From contig OX597815.1 in the NCBI GenBank assembly GCA_951406725.2, positions 7,068,001 to 7,132,000 on the forward strand: DNA of 64,000 nt. The letters are read 5' to 3'. Position 1 is the stretch's first letter. Every line of letters starts with the position of its first letter. A program made the position numbers and the translations under genes. This DNA comes from Octopus vulgaris. Taxonomy: Eukaryota. Positions 50,769 to 63,724 of the stretch are shown here, in pieces. The notes beneath the pieces were generated by a model that saw only the letters and a program-made list of their open reading frames with translations, was not told the DNA's origin and searched no databases.

Positions 50769-50827
50769 GGGCTATGGAAGAGGAAACCTGCTGTAATGAG
50801 GTACAACAAGTCTGTAAATATTTCCTG
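50769..50827 (+). CDS. INTS5: INTS5 exon 10 (59 nt)
   Basis: GAMEEETCCNEVQQVCKYFL; ttacag / gtaagt; needed to bridge phase 1 to phase 0. Confidence 0.8.
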
Positions 50828-51469
50828 GTAAGTCAATTCTCTCTTCATAGTTCTAAATACCATTTTTATTTCTATCTCTTGACTGAAAGTTCAGTTCGCA
50901 TTCCTTAGAATTGAAGTTGAGCTCTCAGCCAACCGAGACAATCCCAGTTTTTATCCTTAGCTATGATTATGTCATTTCATTACTGTTTCATGATGTTGTG
51001 TTATGATTCTATTGCTGGGACATGTATTGTTTTAATATTGTTCTTATACAGTTGTCATCCTGTTGCTACTGTTTTGCATTTGCAGCAGATCTTTCCAATG
51101 AAACCCAGTTTTACTAACATTGTTCTTTGCTCACTAAGGTCTTATTAAACTTTGTAGATAATCTTATTCTATATTTCATAGGCTTCTTGTCTTCCTTTTG
51201 TGGAGTTTCTGCAGATATTCTTTTGAGTATATGTAGACTAGTGTATATACAGATAGACTGACACTCTGACAAGGATACAAACTAAAGTACACACACATGG
51301 TTAAATGAATATACCCACAGATAGTCAAATGCACATACAAGTAGACCAGTATACTTCCAGATGGATCAGTATACTCCCAAGCAGGCGAGTGTACTCTGAA
51401 GTAGACCTGAGTACACACCAAGAAACTAGTGTACTCAGTGATGATATATTAAATTTAAGAAGTACAGTG

Positions 51470-51835
51470 ATGAAGTACAACATCAAAATAAATATCAAAT
51501 GGAAATTGTAGTTGTGATACCTGTGCCGGCGGCATGTAAAAAGCACCATCTGAACGTGGCCGATGCCAGCGCCGCCTTGACTGGCTTCCGTGCCGGTGGC
51601 ACATAAAAAGCACCAACCGATCATGGATGCTACTAGCCTCCCCTGGCACCTGTGCTGGTGGCACGTAAAAAGCACCCACTACACTCATGGAGTGGTTGGC
51701 GTTAGGAAGGGCATCCAGCTGTAGAAACACTTCCAGATCAGACTGGAGCCTCCTGGCTTCCCAGACCCTGGTCGAATCGTCCAACCCATGCTAGCACGGA
51801 AAATGGACGTTAAACGATGATGATGATGATGATGA
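51470..51835 (+). mobile_element. RTE 3'UTR fragment
   Basis: Same family. Confidence 0.72.
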
Positions 51836-52139
51836 TGAAGTACAGAGAGTACATAAATGTTTTGTCTTATTGTCTTGAAGTCATTAACTATCTTAGCTTC
51901 ACCCAGTTATCGTCATATCTCAGGCAGCAGTAGGGGTTAGTGGGTGGGTACTGCCCTTCCATTTCATATCAATAAATAAATATAAACATTTTTTTATTTA
52001 AATACAATATATAAGCCAGAATTTAAAACTCTTGTAAAACCACAGTGTGTATTTATTGATGGTGATGGTGGTGGTAGGAATGATGGTGTTTTTTCTCACA
52101 GAAGCTAACTATTGTTGTTGTTGTTGTCTAATTTTCTAG

Positions 52140-52276
52140 AATCATCTGTGTTCTGAACTCCAAAAAGTTGTCTTCTTGAAGCAAGAGAACAAAATCATGG
52201 AAGTCCCCCTGTTGAATTCCCTGTCCAAGTGTCAGGCTGCTTTGGCAAGAGATTTTCTCAACAGTACAGGTCAAAG
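52140..52276 (+). CDS. INTS5: INTS5 exon 11
   Basis: NHLCSELQKVVF...VPLLNSL...; ttctag / gtcagt; phase 0 to 2. Confidence 0.85.
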
Positions 52277-52449
52277 GTCAGTTGTGATATAGACATGTGA
52301 TTTATTGTTGTATGTGATTGCAGTTGTTGCTATGTTGCTCCAGGTTGGCCCTGATCGAAAAGCTCAGTGATGTCGTTGTTGTGTAACACCAGGCCAGCTC
52401 TGATCTAGCAGACATATGGCATATAGTAATTGATTAAACAATTCCAACC

Positions 52450-52845
52450 TGTTGGGGCAAGTGAAATCGAAATCGAAATTGATCCAATCCTATGACTGGC
52501 ACCCGGCAGATGCCAGGACTCCTGAACTGGTGGTACGTAAAAAGCACTATCCGAATCGTGGCCGATGCCAGTGCCGCCTCGACTGGCTTCCGTGCCGGTG
52601 GCACGTAAAATACACCAATCCGACCGTGGCCGTTGCCAGCCTCGCCTGGCACCTGTGCAGGTGGCACGTAAAGAGCACCCACTACACTCTTGGAGTGGTT
52701 GGCGTTAGGAAGGGCATCCAGCTGTAGAAACTCTGCCAGATCAGACTGGAGCCTGGTGCAGCCATCTGGCTTCCCAGATCCCTGGTCGAACCGTCCAACC
52801 CATGCTAGCATGGAGAACGGACGTTAAACGATGATGATGATGATG
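52450..52845 (+). mobile_element. RTE 3'UTR fragment
   Basis: Same family. Confidence 0.72.
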
Positions 52846-53633
52846 AATTCCGTTCTACAGACTCAGGACTCCAGACTTACTCTACATATGCCTACATAAC
52901 GGCTACTCTGTAAAATTCCACGTTGAGGACCACACTAAATATTCCAGAGTAAGGACTACATTGTACACTTCACAATGAACACTACACTATACTCTCCACA
53001 GTGTGGACTACACTCTATGCATCCACACTACTGTGCATGCTACAGTGAGACCACACGGTGCACTGCAGCATGCAATGGTTTATAATATTATGATATTGAA
53101 GAAAGGTGCAGTGTGGTTGTCTGTGAGTTACAATTCCTTTTAGTTCTTCAGGGTTGATTAAATAAGTACCAGTTACACACTGGGGTCGATGTAATCGACT
53201 TAATCCCTTTGTCTGTCCTTGTTTGCCCTCTCTGTGTTTAGCCCCCTTTGGGCAATAAAGAACAAAATGATAAAAAGCACCCAGTCCACTCTGTAAAGTA
53301 GTTGATGTTAGGAAAGGCATCCAGCCAAAGGAACCATGCCAAAGCAGACAGCAGAGCTTGGTGCAGTCTTCTGACTTACCAGTTCCTGTGGAATCATCCA
53401 ACCCATGCCAGCATAGAAAATGGATGTTAACTACAGAATCAAGAGTTTATACATAAGTGCAAGAAAGAAATTTGCTTAAGGGATGCAAACCCAGTTATAT
53501 AAAGTAAGGACAGTCTTAATTGTTTATTATATGCTTCCTGTGAAAATGTCTGTGTTGAGCAATCAGGCCTCTTTCTATGATTTCATTGATCCTTATCTTG
53601 TTAGTCATGAATTTTTTTCCTCTTCAATTCCAG

Positions 53634-53742
53634 GAGTGAATGGTACCTGAAACTGTTGACCTGTACAGCATTATATGGATGTTCCAAAGGGACTTGTGAA
53701 TCTCTCGCGGTTCTCTTGGTTGAGGCTAAACAGCCATCTCAG
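53634..53742 (+). CDS. INTS5: INTS5 exon 12
   Basis: SEWYLKLLTCTALY...LLVEAKQPSQ; ttccag / gtaaac. Confidence 0.85.
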
Positions 53743-54439
53743 GTAAACTTCTACTTAACACCTTATGTGGCCACAACTACCCACCACAAGCATTACTACT
53801 ATCACCACAGCTGTTGTAACCAAGTCTCGTATGTGTGTGTGTGTGTGTAAAGGTAAGATCCAAGGATCAAGGTGTAGAAGCTAGTAAACTTCGAGTAGTC
53901 CGTAGAAGTCATAAAAAACAACTTTCAGGAACAATAGTTATTTATTGGTGCAGAAGGTTGTAAACCACATGGTTCCGGGTTCAGTCCCACTGCGTGGCAT
54001 CTTGGGCAAGTGTCTTCTGCTATAGCCCCGGGCCGACCAATGCCTTGTGAGTGGATTTGGTAGACGGAAACTGAAAGAAGCCTGTCGTATATATGTATAT
54101 ATATGTGTGTATGTATATGTTTATGTGTCTGTGTTTGTCCCCCAAGCATTGCTTGACAACCGATGCTGGTGTGTTTATGTCCCCGTCACTTAGCGGTTCG
54201 GCAAAAGAGACCGATAGAATAAGTACTGGGCTTACAAAGAATAAGTCCCGGGGTCGATTTGCTCGACTAAAGGCGGTACTCCAGCATGGCCGCAGTCAAA
54301 TGACTGAAACAAGTAAAAGAGTAAAAAGAGTATATCAAGGTTCGATAAGCTGAAAAAAGTTCTTTTCTAGTTCATGGTTGGTAAGTGGAGTTGCTGTTTA
54401 GGTGAATAAAAATCCAAATTTTTATTCGCCTACGAAGGC

Positions 54440-54885
54440 TGTAGAAACACTGCCAGATCAAACTGGAGCCTGGTGCAGCCTCCTGGCTTCCCAGACCCCA
54501 ATCGAACCGTCCAACCCATGCTAGCATGGAAAGTGGACGTTAAACGATGATGATGATGATGATGAATGGAAATTGTAGTTGTGATACCAGTGCCAGTGGC
54601 ACCATCCGTTCGTGTCCGTTGCCAGCCTCACCTGGCCCCCGTGCCGGTGGCACGTAAAAGCACCATCTGTTCGTGGCCGTTTGCCAACCTCGTCTGGCAC
54701 CTGTGCAGGTGGCACATAAAAAGCACCCACTACACTCACGGAGTGGTTGGCGTTAGGAAGGGCATCCAGCTGTAGAAACACTGCCAGATCAGACTGGAGC
54801 CTGGTGCAGCCTTCTGGCTTCCCAGATCCCAGTTGAACCGTCCAACCCATGCCAGCATGGAAAGCGGACGTTAAGTGATGATGAT
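54440..54885 (+). mobile_element. Two tandem RTE 3'UTR fragments
   Basis: Same family; two (GAT)n tails. Confidence 0.7.
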
Positions 54886-55115
54886 CTAATATAGGATAAA
54901 GTTTTTCGAAAAAAATTTTATCAATGGCCAGCATATTAAAAAATACCATTAAAGGTTAAATTTATAAACAATTTATAAATAAGGGCAAAAGAAAAAATTT
55001 CTAATGCCAAATATGCCAAAACTAGACACATTGTCCATAACCATATAATTTATCACAATAAGCACGTTACTCGAAGAAAGCCGACAGAAATTTCTTTAAA
55101 ATTCCGTTATTATCA

Positions 55116-55169
55116 TATCGGACCTGATTTCAGAGTTAATTCATAAGAACCCTCCCTTCGTCAGTGATA
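55116..55169 (-). ncRNA. Degenerate hammerhead-like motif
   Basis: tatca-CTGACGA-aggg...ctct-GAAA-tcag-GTC-cgata. Confidence 0.45.
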
Positions 55170-55310
55170 AATGCGGCAAAGAAATAAATGAAATACTTAC
55201 TTATACCCATGGAAGAAGCAAACACTAAGTCATGAGCATAATTAAGTACATCGTTAAACGATGATGATGATGATGATGCACTGTATTGTTGATTCTATTC
55301 TTTTTTTCAG

Positions 55311-55507
55311 CTTGTGAAATTCCTACAAATGCAGAAAGAGGTTGAGATTGGGGACGTGGACATCCTTCAGTGGACATTGTCCCATATTGTGGATTCGCTG
55401 CAAACCAAAGAAGAACAGAACATCAACCGATTGAGTTTGCTACGGAATCTTCTCCATCTGGTTCAGTGGGAGAGGAACCTGCCACACCAAGGTGCTGCCC
55501 TCTGTCG
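55311..55507 (+). CDS. INTS5: INTS5 exon 13
   Basis: LVKFLQMQ...LLRNLLHLVQWERN; ttttcag / gtaagt; phase 0 to 2. Confidence 0.88.
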
Positions 55508-56624
55508 GTAAGTAAAATTCTTTGACACCCAATAAGTCATAAATGTGACACCCACTTTTTTTTTCTAATCTGCATAGGTTCAGCTTCTGTGATGGTAGCT
55601 TGTTGGCATGGACACCAACGGCATCATTGCTGCCACCATCATCATTGTCATTGCTAGCAACACCATCATCTTCACCACCGTTGTCATCACCACTGCCACC
55701 ACCATCATCAACACCACCACCACCACCACTATTATCTTTATTGTTATCATCATCATCTTCATCATTGGCAACTTTAATATATACCGGTGACTGGCATCCG
55801 TTGCTAGTGGAGCACTAAGAGTACCATACGAGTGAGATTGTTGCCAGAGCAACAAGGTGGCCTTCGTGCCGATGGCATGTTAAACACACCATTCGAGCAT
55901 GATTGTTACCACGTTGCCTCTTACTGGCACTTGTGCTGGTGGCACATGAAACATTGCAGGTGGCACATAAAAAGCACCATTTGGGCGTGGCCGTTGCCAG
56001 TACCACCAAACTGGCACCTAAAAGCACTCACTACACTCTTGGAGTGGTTGGCGTTAGGAAGGGCATCCAGCTGTAGAAAATCTGCCAGATCAGATTGGAG
56101 CCTGGTGCAGCTGCCTGCTTCGCCAGATCTCAGTCAAATCATCCAACCCATGCTAGCATGGAAAGCAGATGTTAAACGATGATAATGATGATGTATTTAC
56201 TCAGGTATAAATTGCATTATTTTATACTGGATTTTAACTGAAAAAACTGGGGTGCAACTTATACCCACGTAAATAGAATACATATTTTAGCATAGGTTTG
56301 ATAAGTCCACAAAACATTTTATCCAAGTATTCAGTCTTTCTGCTCTACTCGTGGCTCCCCTCCTACAATACTTAGCTCTACTGTACCTGCCATCTCCAAA
56401 CATCACCACCTACCTCTACTACACACCTTTACTGTAATGACCATCACCACCTACCTCTACCACTCACCTCTACTGTAACTACCATCCACTATTGTCATAT
56501 TGCTAGACATTTGATTCATTGGATAATAGATACTCTGTCTGATATAAAATGGGGTGGTCATGGTTGGTAACATCTTTGATCATCGTCATCTTCATCATCC
56601 TTTAGCATCTGTTGTCCATGCTAG

Positions 56625-56708
56625 GTTGGACCGATGTTTACTACGGAATCTTCTCCATCTGGTTCAGTGGGAGAGGAACCTGCCACACCAAGGTGCTGCC
56701 CTCTGTCG
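56625..56708 (+). other. Partial duplicate of the INTS5 exon 13 3' end (possible pseudo- or cassette exon)
   Basis: 56641-56858 copies 55440-55657, including the gtaagt donor; upstream ctag at 56621-56624. Confidence 0.75.
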
Positions 56709-58201
56709 GTAAGTAAAATTCTTTGACACCCAATAAGTCATAAATGTGACACCCACTTTTTTTTTCTAATCTGCATAGGTTCAGCTTCTGTGATGGTAGC
56801 TTGTTGGCATGGACACCAACGGCATCATTGCTGCCACCATCATCATTGTCATTGCTAGCACCACCACCATCATCAACGTGAGGGATGGGTTTTCTTGAGT
56901 ACAGCGAGGTACCGTGTGTCTTGGTCCTCTGTTATCATCATCATCTTCATCATTGGCAACTTTAATATACACCGGTGACTGGCATCCGTTGCTAGTGGAG
57001 CGCTAAGAGTACCATACAAAACAGCATTTGTAACTAAACACAAATACTGTGTGAAGTTTCCGTACTGTGTGTTAAGAAGTTTTGCTTCCCAACCACATGG
57101 TTCCAGGTTCAATTCCATTGCATTGCACCTTGGCCAAGTGTCCTCTACTATCGTCTCAGGCTGACCAAATCCTTGTGAATGGATTTGGTAAACAGAAACT
57201 ATAAGGCGGCGAGCTGGCAGAAACGTTAGCACGCCAGGCAAAATGCTTAGCGGTATTTCGTCTGCCGCTACGTTCTGAGTTCAAATTCTGAGTTCAAATT
57301 CTTTGCCTTTCGGCCGTTTGGGGTTGATTAAATAAGTACCAGTTACGCAATGGGGTCAATATAATCGGCTTAATCCATTTGTCTGTCCTTGTTTGTCTCC
57401 TTTGTGTTTAGCCCCTTGTGGGTAGTAAAGAAATAGGTATTTTGTCTGCCATTACGTCCTGAGTTCAAATTCCGCCGAGGTCGACTTTGCCTTTCATCCT
57501 TTCAGGGTCGATAAATAAAGTACCAGTTGTGCACTGGGGTCGATGTAATTGACTTAACCCCTTTGTCTGTCCTTGTTTGTCCCCTCTGTGTTTAGCCCCT
57601 TGTGGGTAGTAAAGAAATAAGAAAGTATAAGAAGCCCATTGTATGTATATCTATGTGTAAGTGTCTTTGTGTCGGTGTTTGCTCCCCACTGCTGCTTGAC
57701 CACTGGCCTTGGTTGTTTGTTTTCATCCCTGTAACTTAGCAGTTTGGTAAAAGAGACCGATACAATAAGTACTAGGTTTTAAAAATAAAAAAAAGCACTG
57801 GGGTGGATTCATTCAAATTCTTCAAGGTGTTGCCTTGGCATGGCAGCTGTCCGATGATTGAAGCAACCAAAAGATAAAAAAGATATGTTGTCCTGTTGCA
57901 GTTACTGCTGTTATATGTTATATTTTATTGTTTCTTTATTGCCCACAAGGGGCTAAACATAGAGGGGACAAACAAGGACAGACAAAACGGATTAAGTCAA
58001 TTACATCGACCCCAGTGCGTAACTGGTACTTAATTTATCAACCCCGAAAGGATGAAAGGCAAAGTCGACCTTGGCGGAATTTGAACTCAGAACGCAACGA
58101 CAAACGCAATACCGCTAAGCATTTCGCCCGGTGTGCTAACGTTTCTGCCAGCTCGCCGCCTTTATATATGTTATATATGTTATATTATTGTTTCTCCACA
58201 G

Positions 58202-58398
58202 ATCACAGCTTGTGTCCAACATCCATCACCATTACGAGACATTCATGGAACACCTGAACTACCCTGATCTGTCTGTATGTGCGATGACTTTGAAGCTCCT
58301 CATTGCCATCGGGTTGCCTCCGGCTTCCACCAATGCAATGCTCATCAAAGCCTGCTCCATACTCACATCACTGTTCTTTCGTATTCTTCACTTCACAG
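58202..58398 (+). CDS. INTS5: INTS5 exon 14
   Basis: SQLVSNIHHHYETFMEHLNYPD...LFFRILHFT; cacag / gtaaga; phase 2 to 1. Confidence 0.87.
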
Positions 58399-59204
58399 GT
58401 AAGACTATAATTCAATATTTTCAACAGGTGCAGGCATGGCCATGTAGTTAAGAAGCTCGCCTTGCAGCTACATGGGTTTTGGGTTCAGTCCTACTGCGCA
58501 GCACCTTGGGCAAGTGTCTTTTACTATAGGTCTGGGTCAACCAATGCTTTTAGAGTATATGTTGTGTGTGTGTATGTTTGTGTGTGTATATATTTGTGTG
58601 TGTGTGTGTATATGTTTCTGTGTGTGTGTGTTTGTGTGTGTATGTCTCTGTGTGTGTGTGTGCGCACGTGTGTGTATATGTTTGTGTGTGTGTGTGTATA
58701 TGTTTATGTGTGTGCGTGTGTGTATATGTTTGCGCATGTGTGTGTGTATATGTTCCTCTGTGCGTGTGTGTATGTGTGTATATGTTTCTCTGTGTGTGTG
58801 TGTGTGTGTCTTTGTTACCCTTCTCTGCACCACTTAATAACTGGTATTGATTTGCTTGCATCCCCGTAACTTTGCAGTTCAGCAAAAGGAACCAATAGAA
58901 TAAGTACCGGACTTAAGAAAAGACATTAGTACTGTGGTCAATTTGTTTAACCAAAACCCTTCAAGGTGGAGCTCCAGCATGGCTGCAGTCCATTGACAGA
59001 GACAATTAAAAAAAAATCAAAGAAAACAACCCTGCTTTGTTCTATAGAAACACAACATTGAATTTCTGACAATAAGCATTGTCCACCTTGGCTCTTACTA
59101 CTGACCTCATGGTCATCATTTCAAATGTTATTACTATAGCAACTGCTGTGTGCTATGCTTTTGAGCAAGGCTAATTTATTCTGTTTTATTCAGTTTATCT
59201 AATT

Positions 59205-59875
59205 CAGGGGTTCTCAACCATTTTTTATCTATGGAACCCTTCAATTACTATTTTATTCTGGTGGACTGCCACCCAGCCATTCGATGTTTAAAAACTAGTT
59301 TTATAGGAACTTCTTTCAAAATTCCTGTTTTGCTTTTCACACATCAATTTGTGTAGGTTGAACTATGTAAAATGTTAGAGAAAGCAACCAAGGCTGGCAG
59401 AGACGGTAGCACGCTGGCCGAAATGCTTAGCGGTATTTCGTCTGCCGTTACGTTCTGAGTTCAAATTCCACCAAGGTCGACTTTGCCTTTCATCCTTTTG
59501 GGGTCGATAAATTAAGTATCAGTTATGCTTGTCCCCTCTGTGTTTAGCCCCTTGTGGGTAATAAAGAAACAAATACATACCAATGCATATGTCTAAATCA
59601 AAATTTTTTCGGGGGGTCCTTAAAATACTGCTGTGGATACCCAGTCTACTATTTTGTTACGTGAACCCCCTAAAATCACACATTAACTGGTGTAGGTTGA
59701 ACTCTGTAAAACGTTAGAGAAAGAAACCTTGTTGTTTCTTGCAATACATACCGATACATACATCTAAAACAAACATTTTTCAGGGGTCCTTTAAGATCTA
59801 TTGTGGATCCCCAATTTATCATTTTGTTTCGTGGATCCCCAAAAATCTTATATGGACCTCGGTTGAGAATCCCTG
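59205..59875. mobile_element. hAT MITE containing a nested SINE and an internal duplication
   Basis: CAGGGGTTCTCAACC...GGTTGAGAATCCCTG; TSD atctaatt/gtctaatt; SINE at about 59391-59570. Confidence 0.7.
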
Positions 59876-60032
59876 GTCTAATTGATAATAAAAAAAAATG
59901 AATCAGGCTTCACTTCAACATTGGGTCAAGGGGTCATCTGTAGAAAAGACATGCATTCAGTTAAGAACCCCAGATCGATGAAGTAATTGTTGTTAATTGT
60001 GTTGATTAATTAGAACCTGTTTTCTGTTTCAG

Positions 60033-60151
60033 ATGGTATGAAGTCTCTCCACCTGATCCGACTCTGTCATTCTTGCTATGAGATCTTCTGTAACATTCGT
60101 GTGGCACAGAGTATGTGTGTTCAATTCCTGCTCGAAGATGCATTCGCTTCA
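60033..60151 (+). CDS. INTS5: INTS5 exon 15
   Basis: DGMKSLHLIRLC...VQFLLEDAFAS; tttcag / gtaagt; phase 1 to 0. Confidence 0.85.
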
Positions 60152-60527
60152 GTAAGTGGTCCTTCTGGCCCTTATTTTTTGTACCCATTTATGTGGACCC
60201 ATAATCTAGTAGTAATCACTCTCTTCCCTGGATTCTAATTTTCCCATCCTTTGATCATTCTATATAACCATTTGCTTTCTCACCTGTTACAGGTTCTCTG
60301 TAGGCCATGCTTTAAAGTCAATCTTTCCTCATCTTAACCCCTATACACAGATGCCTCCTCTCTTTCCTTGCCCCCCACCTATCTATTTCCTCCAATCCTT
60401 ATTCTCTTCCCTTACTCTACCCTAAACTATCCTCTCTCCTCCATCTCCTCTCCACCCATCTTGCTCATCCTATTTCCTTTCTATCCCTTTCTTCCTTCTC
60501 TCTCACTCCACACTACCTCTTATGAGT

Positions 60528-60574
<47 letters not shown>

Positions 60575-60575
<1 letters not shown>

Positions 60576-60750
60576 CTCTCCTTGTTTCTCTCCGTGTTTC
60601 TTTTCTGTGTATCTTTCTGTTGAAGAGCGTAGGCTCGAAATGTAAAAGACTTGTTTTATTTATATTCCTGAGCGCCATACTAATACAATTGTTTGTTTGT
60701 ATTCCACCTGCCTTCGCCTTTTGTTTATTTTCATAAAACTTCCCGTTATA
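60575..60750 (+). mobile_element. Short Penelope-LTR-like element with hammerhead-like motif (CTGTTGA)
   Basis: tcttt-CTGTTGA-agagcgtaggctc-GAAA-tGTA-aaaga; embedded in (TA)n. Confidence 0.5.
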
Positions 60751-60755
60751 TATAC

Positions 60756-60813
<58 letters not shown>

Positions 60814-61138
60814 CTTTAGTTAAATATATTCAATGAGAATATTATATACTGAATTTATATTGAGTGCTCTATTGTATCAAAGTATTAATACTATTAAAGT
60901 ATTTATATATTTAATACGAGCGATTATATATACATATATATTTTTTTTAATAATATATTATTATTATTAGGAAATCAATATCAAAACTCCTCAGAAAGAT
61001 ATAGACACGTGTGAAAAATAATTTGTCCTTTCCTCCCACCTACCCTACCACTATTACCACCACCACCACCACCACTACCACCACCACCACTACCACCACC
61101 ACAGTAATAACCAACATTTTTTTTTGTTGATGTTTCAG

Positions 61139-61339
61139 GAAAACGCAGCATTGTTTGGCTCCAAACTGGAACCATCACTTGACTGGAAGCAGGATTATAA
61201 CAATGGCGTTGCACTGTTGGAAGAAAACCAGAAGATGGGTATGTCGCTACCACTGCCTCGGTCCTACTCACGGGTAAACCACGCTGGGATTATTGGTTAT
61301 GGATTAAAGCCAAAACCTTTTCAGCCACCATTATCAGAG
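61139..61339 (+). CDS. INTS5: INTS5 exon 16
   Basis: ENAALFG...LLEENQK...HAGIIGYGLKP matches HAGVIGRGLKP; tttcag / gtaaac. Confidence 0.93.
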
Positions 61340-62818
61340 GTAAACCATTGTTTTTTTGCTAAGTCAGAATTAGCATCTTTAATCTTTTACTCTTTTTACT
61401 TGTTTCAGTCTTTGGACTGTGGCCATGCTGGGGCACCACCTTTGAAGAATTTTTAGTTGAGCGAATCGACACCAGGATATAATTCTCGAAACCTGGCACT
61501 TGTTCTATTGGTCTCTTTTGTTGAACTGCTAAGTTACAGGGATGTAAGCACACCAACACTGGTTGCCAAGCAGTGTTGGGGGACTAACACACACACACAC
61601 ATCTGTTATCTTTTAGCTTTTACTTGTTTCAGTCTTTAGATTGTGGCCATGCTGGGGCACCGCTCTGAAGGGTTTTAGTCAAACAAGTCAACTGCAGGAC
61701 TTATTTTATTTTTTAAACCTAGCACTCATTCTATCGGATCCTTTTGCCGAACCACTAAGTTACAGGTCATAAACACACCAGCACCAGTTGTCAAGTAGAG
61801 AACACACCCACACAGATATATATATATATGCACCTATATATGTGTATGTAAACGATGGGCTTCTCTCAGTTTCCATCTACCAAATCCACTCATAAGGTCT
61901 TGGTTGGCGTGAGGTTATAATAGAAGACACTTGCCCAATGTGCCATGCAGTGGGACTGAACTCTGAACTATGTGGTTGAGAAGCAAACTTCTAACCACAC
62001 AGCCACTTCTGCACCACATAATGTTCTTCTTTAATTAATTAGAATTAAAGCTGTAGTATAGAGAAATAATCATTGTTTTAATTACTTGTGGCAATGAAAG
62101 ATAAAGAAGATGACTGAGATTGAATTTTGTTAAGATTTGAATGTAGACATCCGGTGTGGATTAAGCGTACCGATATTTAGCAGATCCTGGTTGGTTGAGG
62201 GATACATATAAAGAAAGGTATGGGGTCAACAACTGTAGCAATCTGCTGACAACTTTTTGAAGGTGCATGGTTCAGTGGTTTGAGCATTGGGGTCACAATT
62301 ATGAGGTTGTGAGTTCGATTCCTGGACCGGGCTGTGTGTTGTGTTCTTGCGCAAGACACTTTATTTCACATTGCTACAGTTCATTCATCTGTAGAAATGA
62401 GTTACGATGTCACTGGTGCCAAGCTGTATCGGCCCCTTTGCCTTTCCCTTGGATAACATCAGTGATGTAGAGAGGGAAGGGCAGTATGCATGGGCATAAA
62501 CAACCTTGCCCGGACTTGTGCCTCGGAGAGTAACTTTCTAGGTGCAATCCTATGGTCATTTGTGACCGAAGGTGGTCTTTACTCCTTAATTACTTGTGGC
62601 AAAGAAATGTAAAGGAGTCGATTGAGATTTAACTTTGTTAAGACGTAATTGCAAACATGCTGTGTGGATTGAGTCTGGTCTTTGGTATGGGAGATAACTC
62701 TGAACCTGTTTCTGTCTTATTCTTTCTCCTCAATGAAACAGTCTGTACCAATATTTAGCAGATCCCAATTGATTGAGATATATATATATAAAGATGCTGA
62801 GTGAACAAACACTATTAA

Positions 62819-63025
62819 CCCTTTCGTTACTAACCCGGCTGAAACCGGCCCTAGCTCTGTAGTACAAATGTTTTGTTTTCAAACCTTAGTCACCAAACCT
62901 TAGTCACAATTAATGTTCCTAACACTAGCTGAATGATAATGAAGTTATTTTACTAAATTCTTTGTTATATTTAAAATAATTGAGAGAAAAACAGAGAATC
63001 TCAAAATAATACAGTAATGAAAGGG
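62819..63025. mobile_element. piggyBac-like MITE, copy 3 (inverted)
   Basis: TTAA-CCCTTT...AAAGGG-TTAA; reverse complement of 511-732. Confidence 0.75.
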
Positions 63026-63479
63026 TTAAATCATGTGACAACATTAAAGTGTTGTTATTGTATATTGGTTGTAGTTCTTAGTTCTACGACCATCGTATGT
63101 GGTACATCAGCAGCAGAGATTTTGATGGTTTGGTCAGCCTGGCTATAAACAGGTGCTACAAAGTAGGGCTGGCCTCTAAGCTGCCCACTGTTGAATAATA
63201 ACCGCTGTCTTGGCTTGGTCAGTGAATGTGTCTCAAATCACTAATACCAGCATCACTACATTACTATTAGGATGGTCACCACCACTTCACTACCACAACC
63301 AATATCACCATGCCACTGCAATGCCATCAGTTCACTAACCCAAATACTACCACTTCACCACAACCACCACCACCACCACTACTACTACTACTGCTGCTGC
63401 TACTACTACTACCATCACCATTACCGCCACCACCACTATTACTGCTACGTACTAATCAACTCTCTCCTATTTGCCACAG

Positions 63480-63724
63480 GAACAGATCTCCCGTAATCGA
63501 CAGAGTTTGCTCGACGTGCTGTGGACGTGCAGCTACAGACGTCTCCCACCCTCCACAGACATTCGTCAGAAACAGAACTCAATGCCGCTAACTGGCGTCG
63601 ACCGAATCTCTTCCAGCTTGTCACGACAGATTGCTGCAACCCTCGTTGCGCAGCTCACACCAGACATGTTGTACAACGGACCAGCATGGCCCGACGAGGA
63701 GTTCATTAAGGTCACAGTTGAAAG
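63480..63724 (+). CDS. INTS5: INTS5 exon 17 (gene continues past the window)
   Basis: NRQSLLDVLWTC...PDMLYNGPAWPDEEFIKVTVER matches WPPEEHARATVER; cacag / gttaga. Confidence 0.92.

Noticed and set aside
55578-55818. Acceptor-like site (ctaat...tag) 70 nt after exon 13, opening an in-frame Pro/Ser-rich terminal exon
   Set aside because: The sequence is a decayed CAT/CAC microsatellite running into an RTE fragment, and there is no independent support
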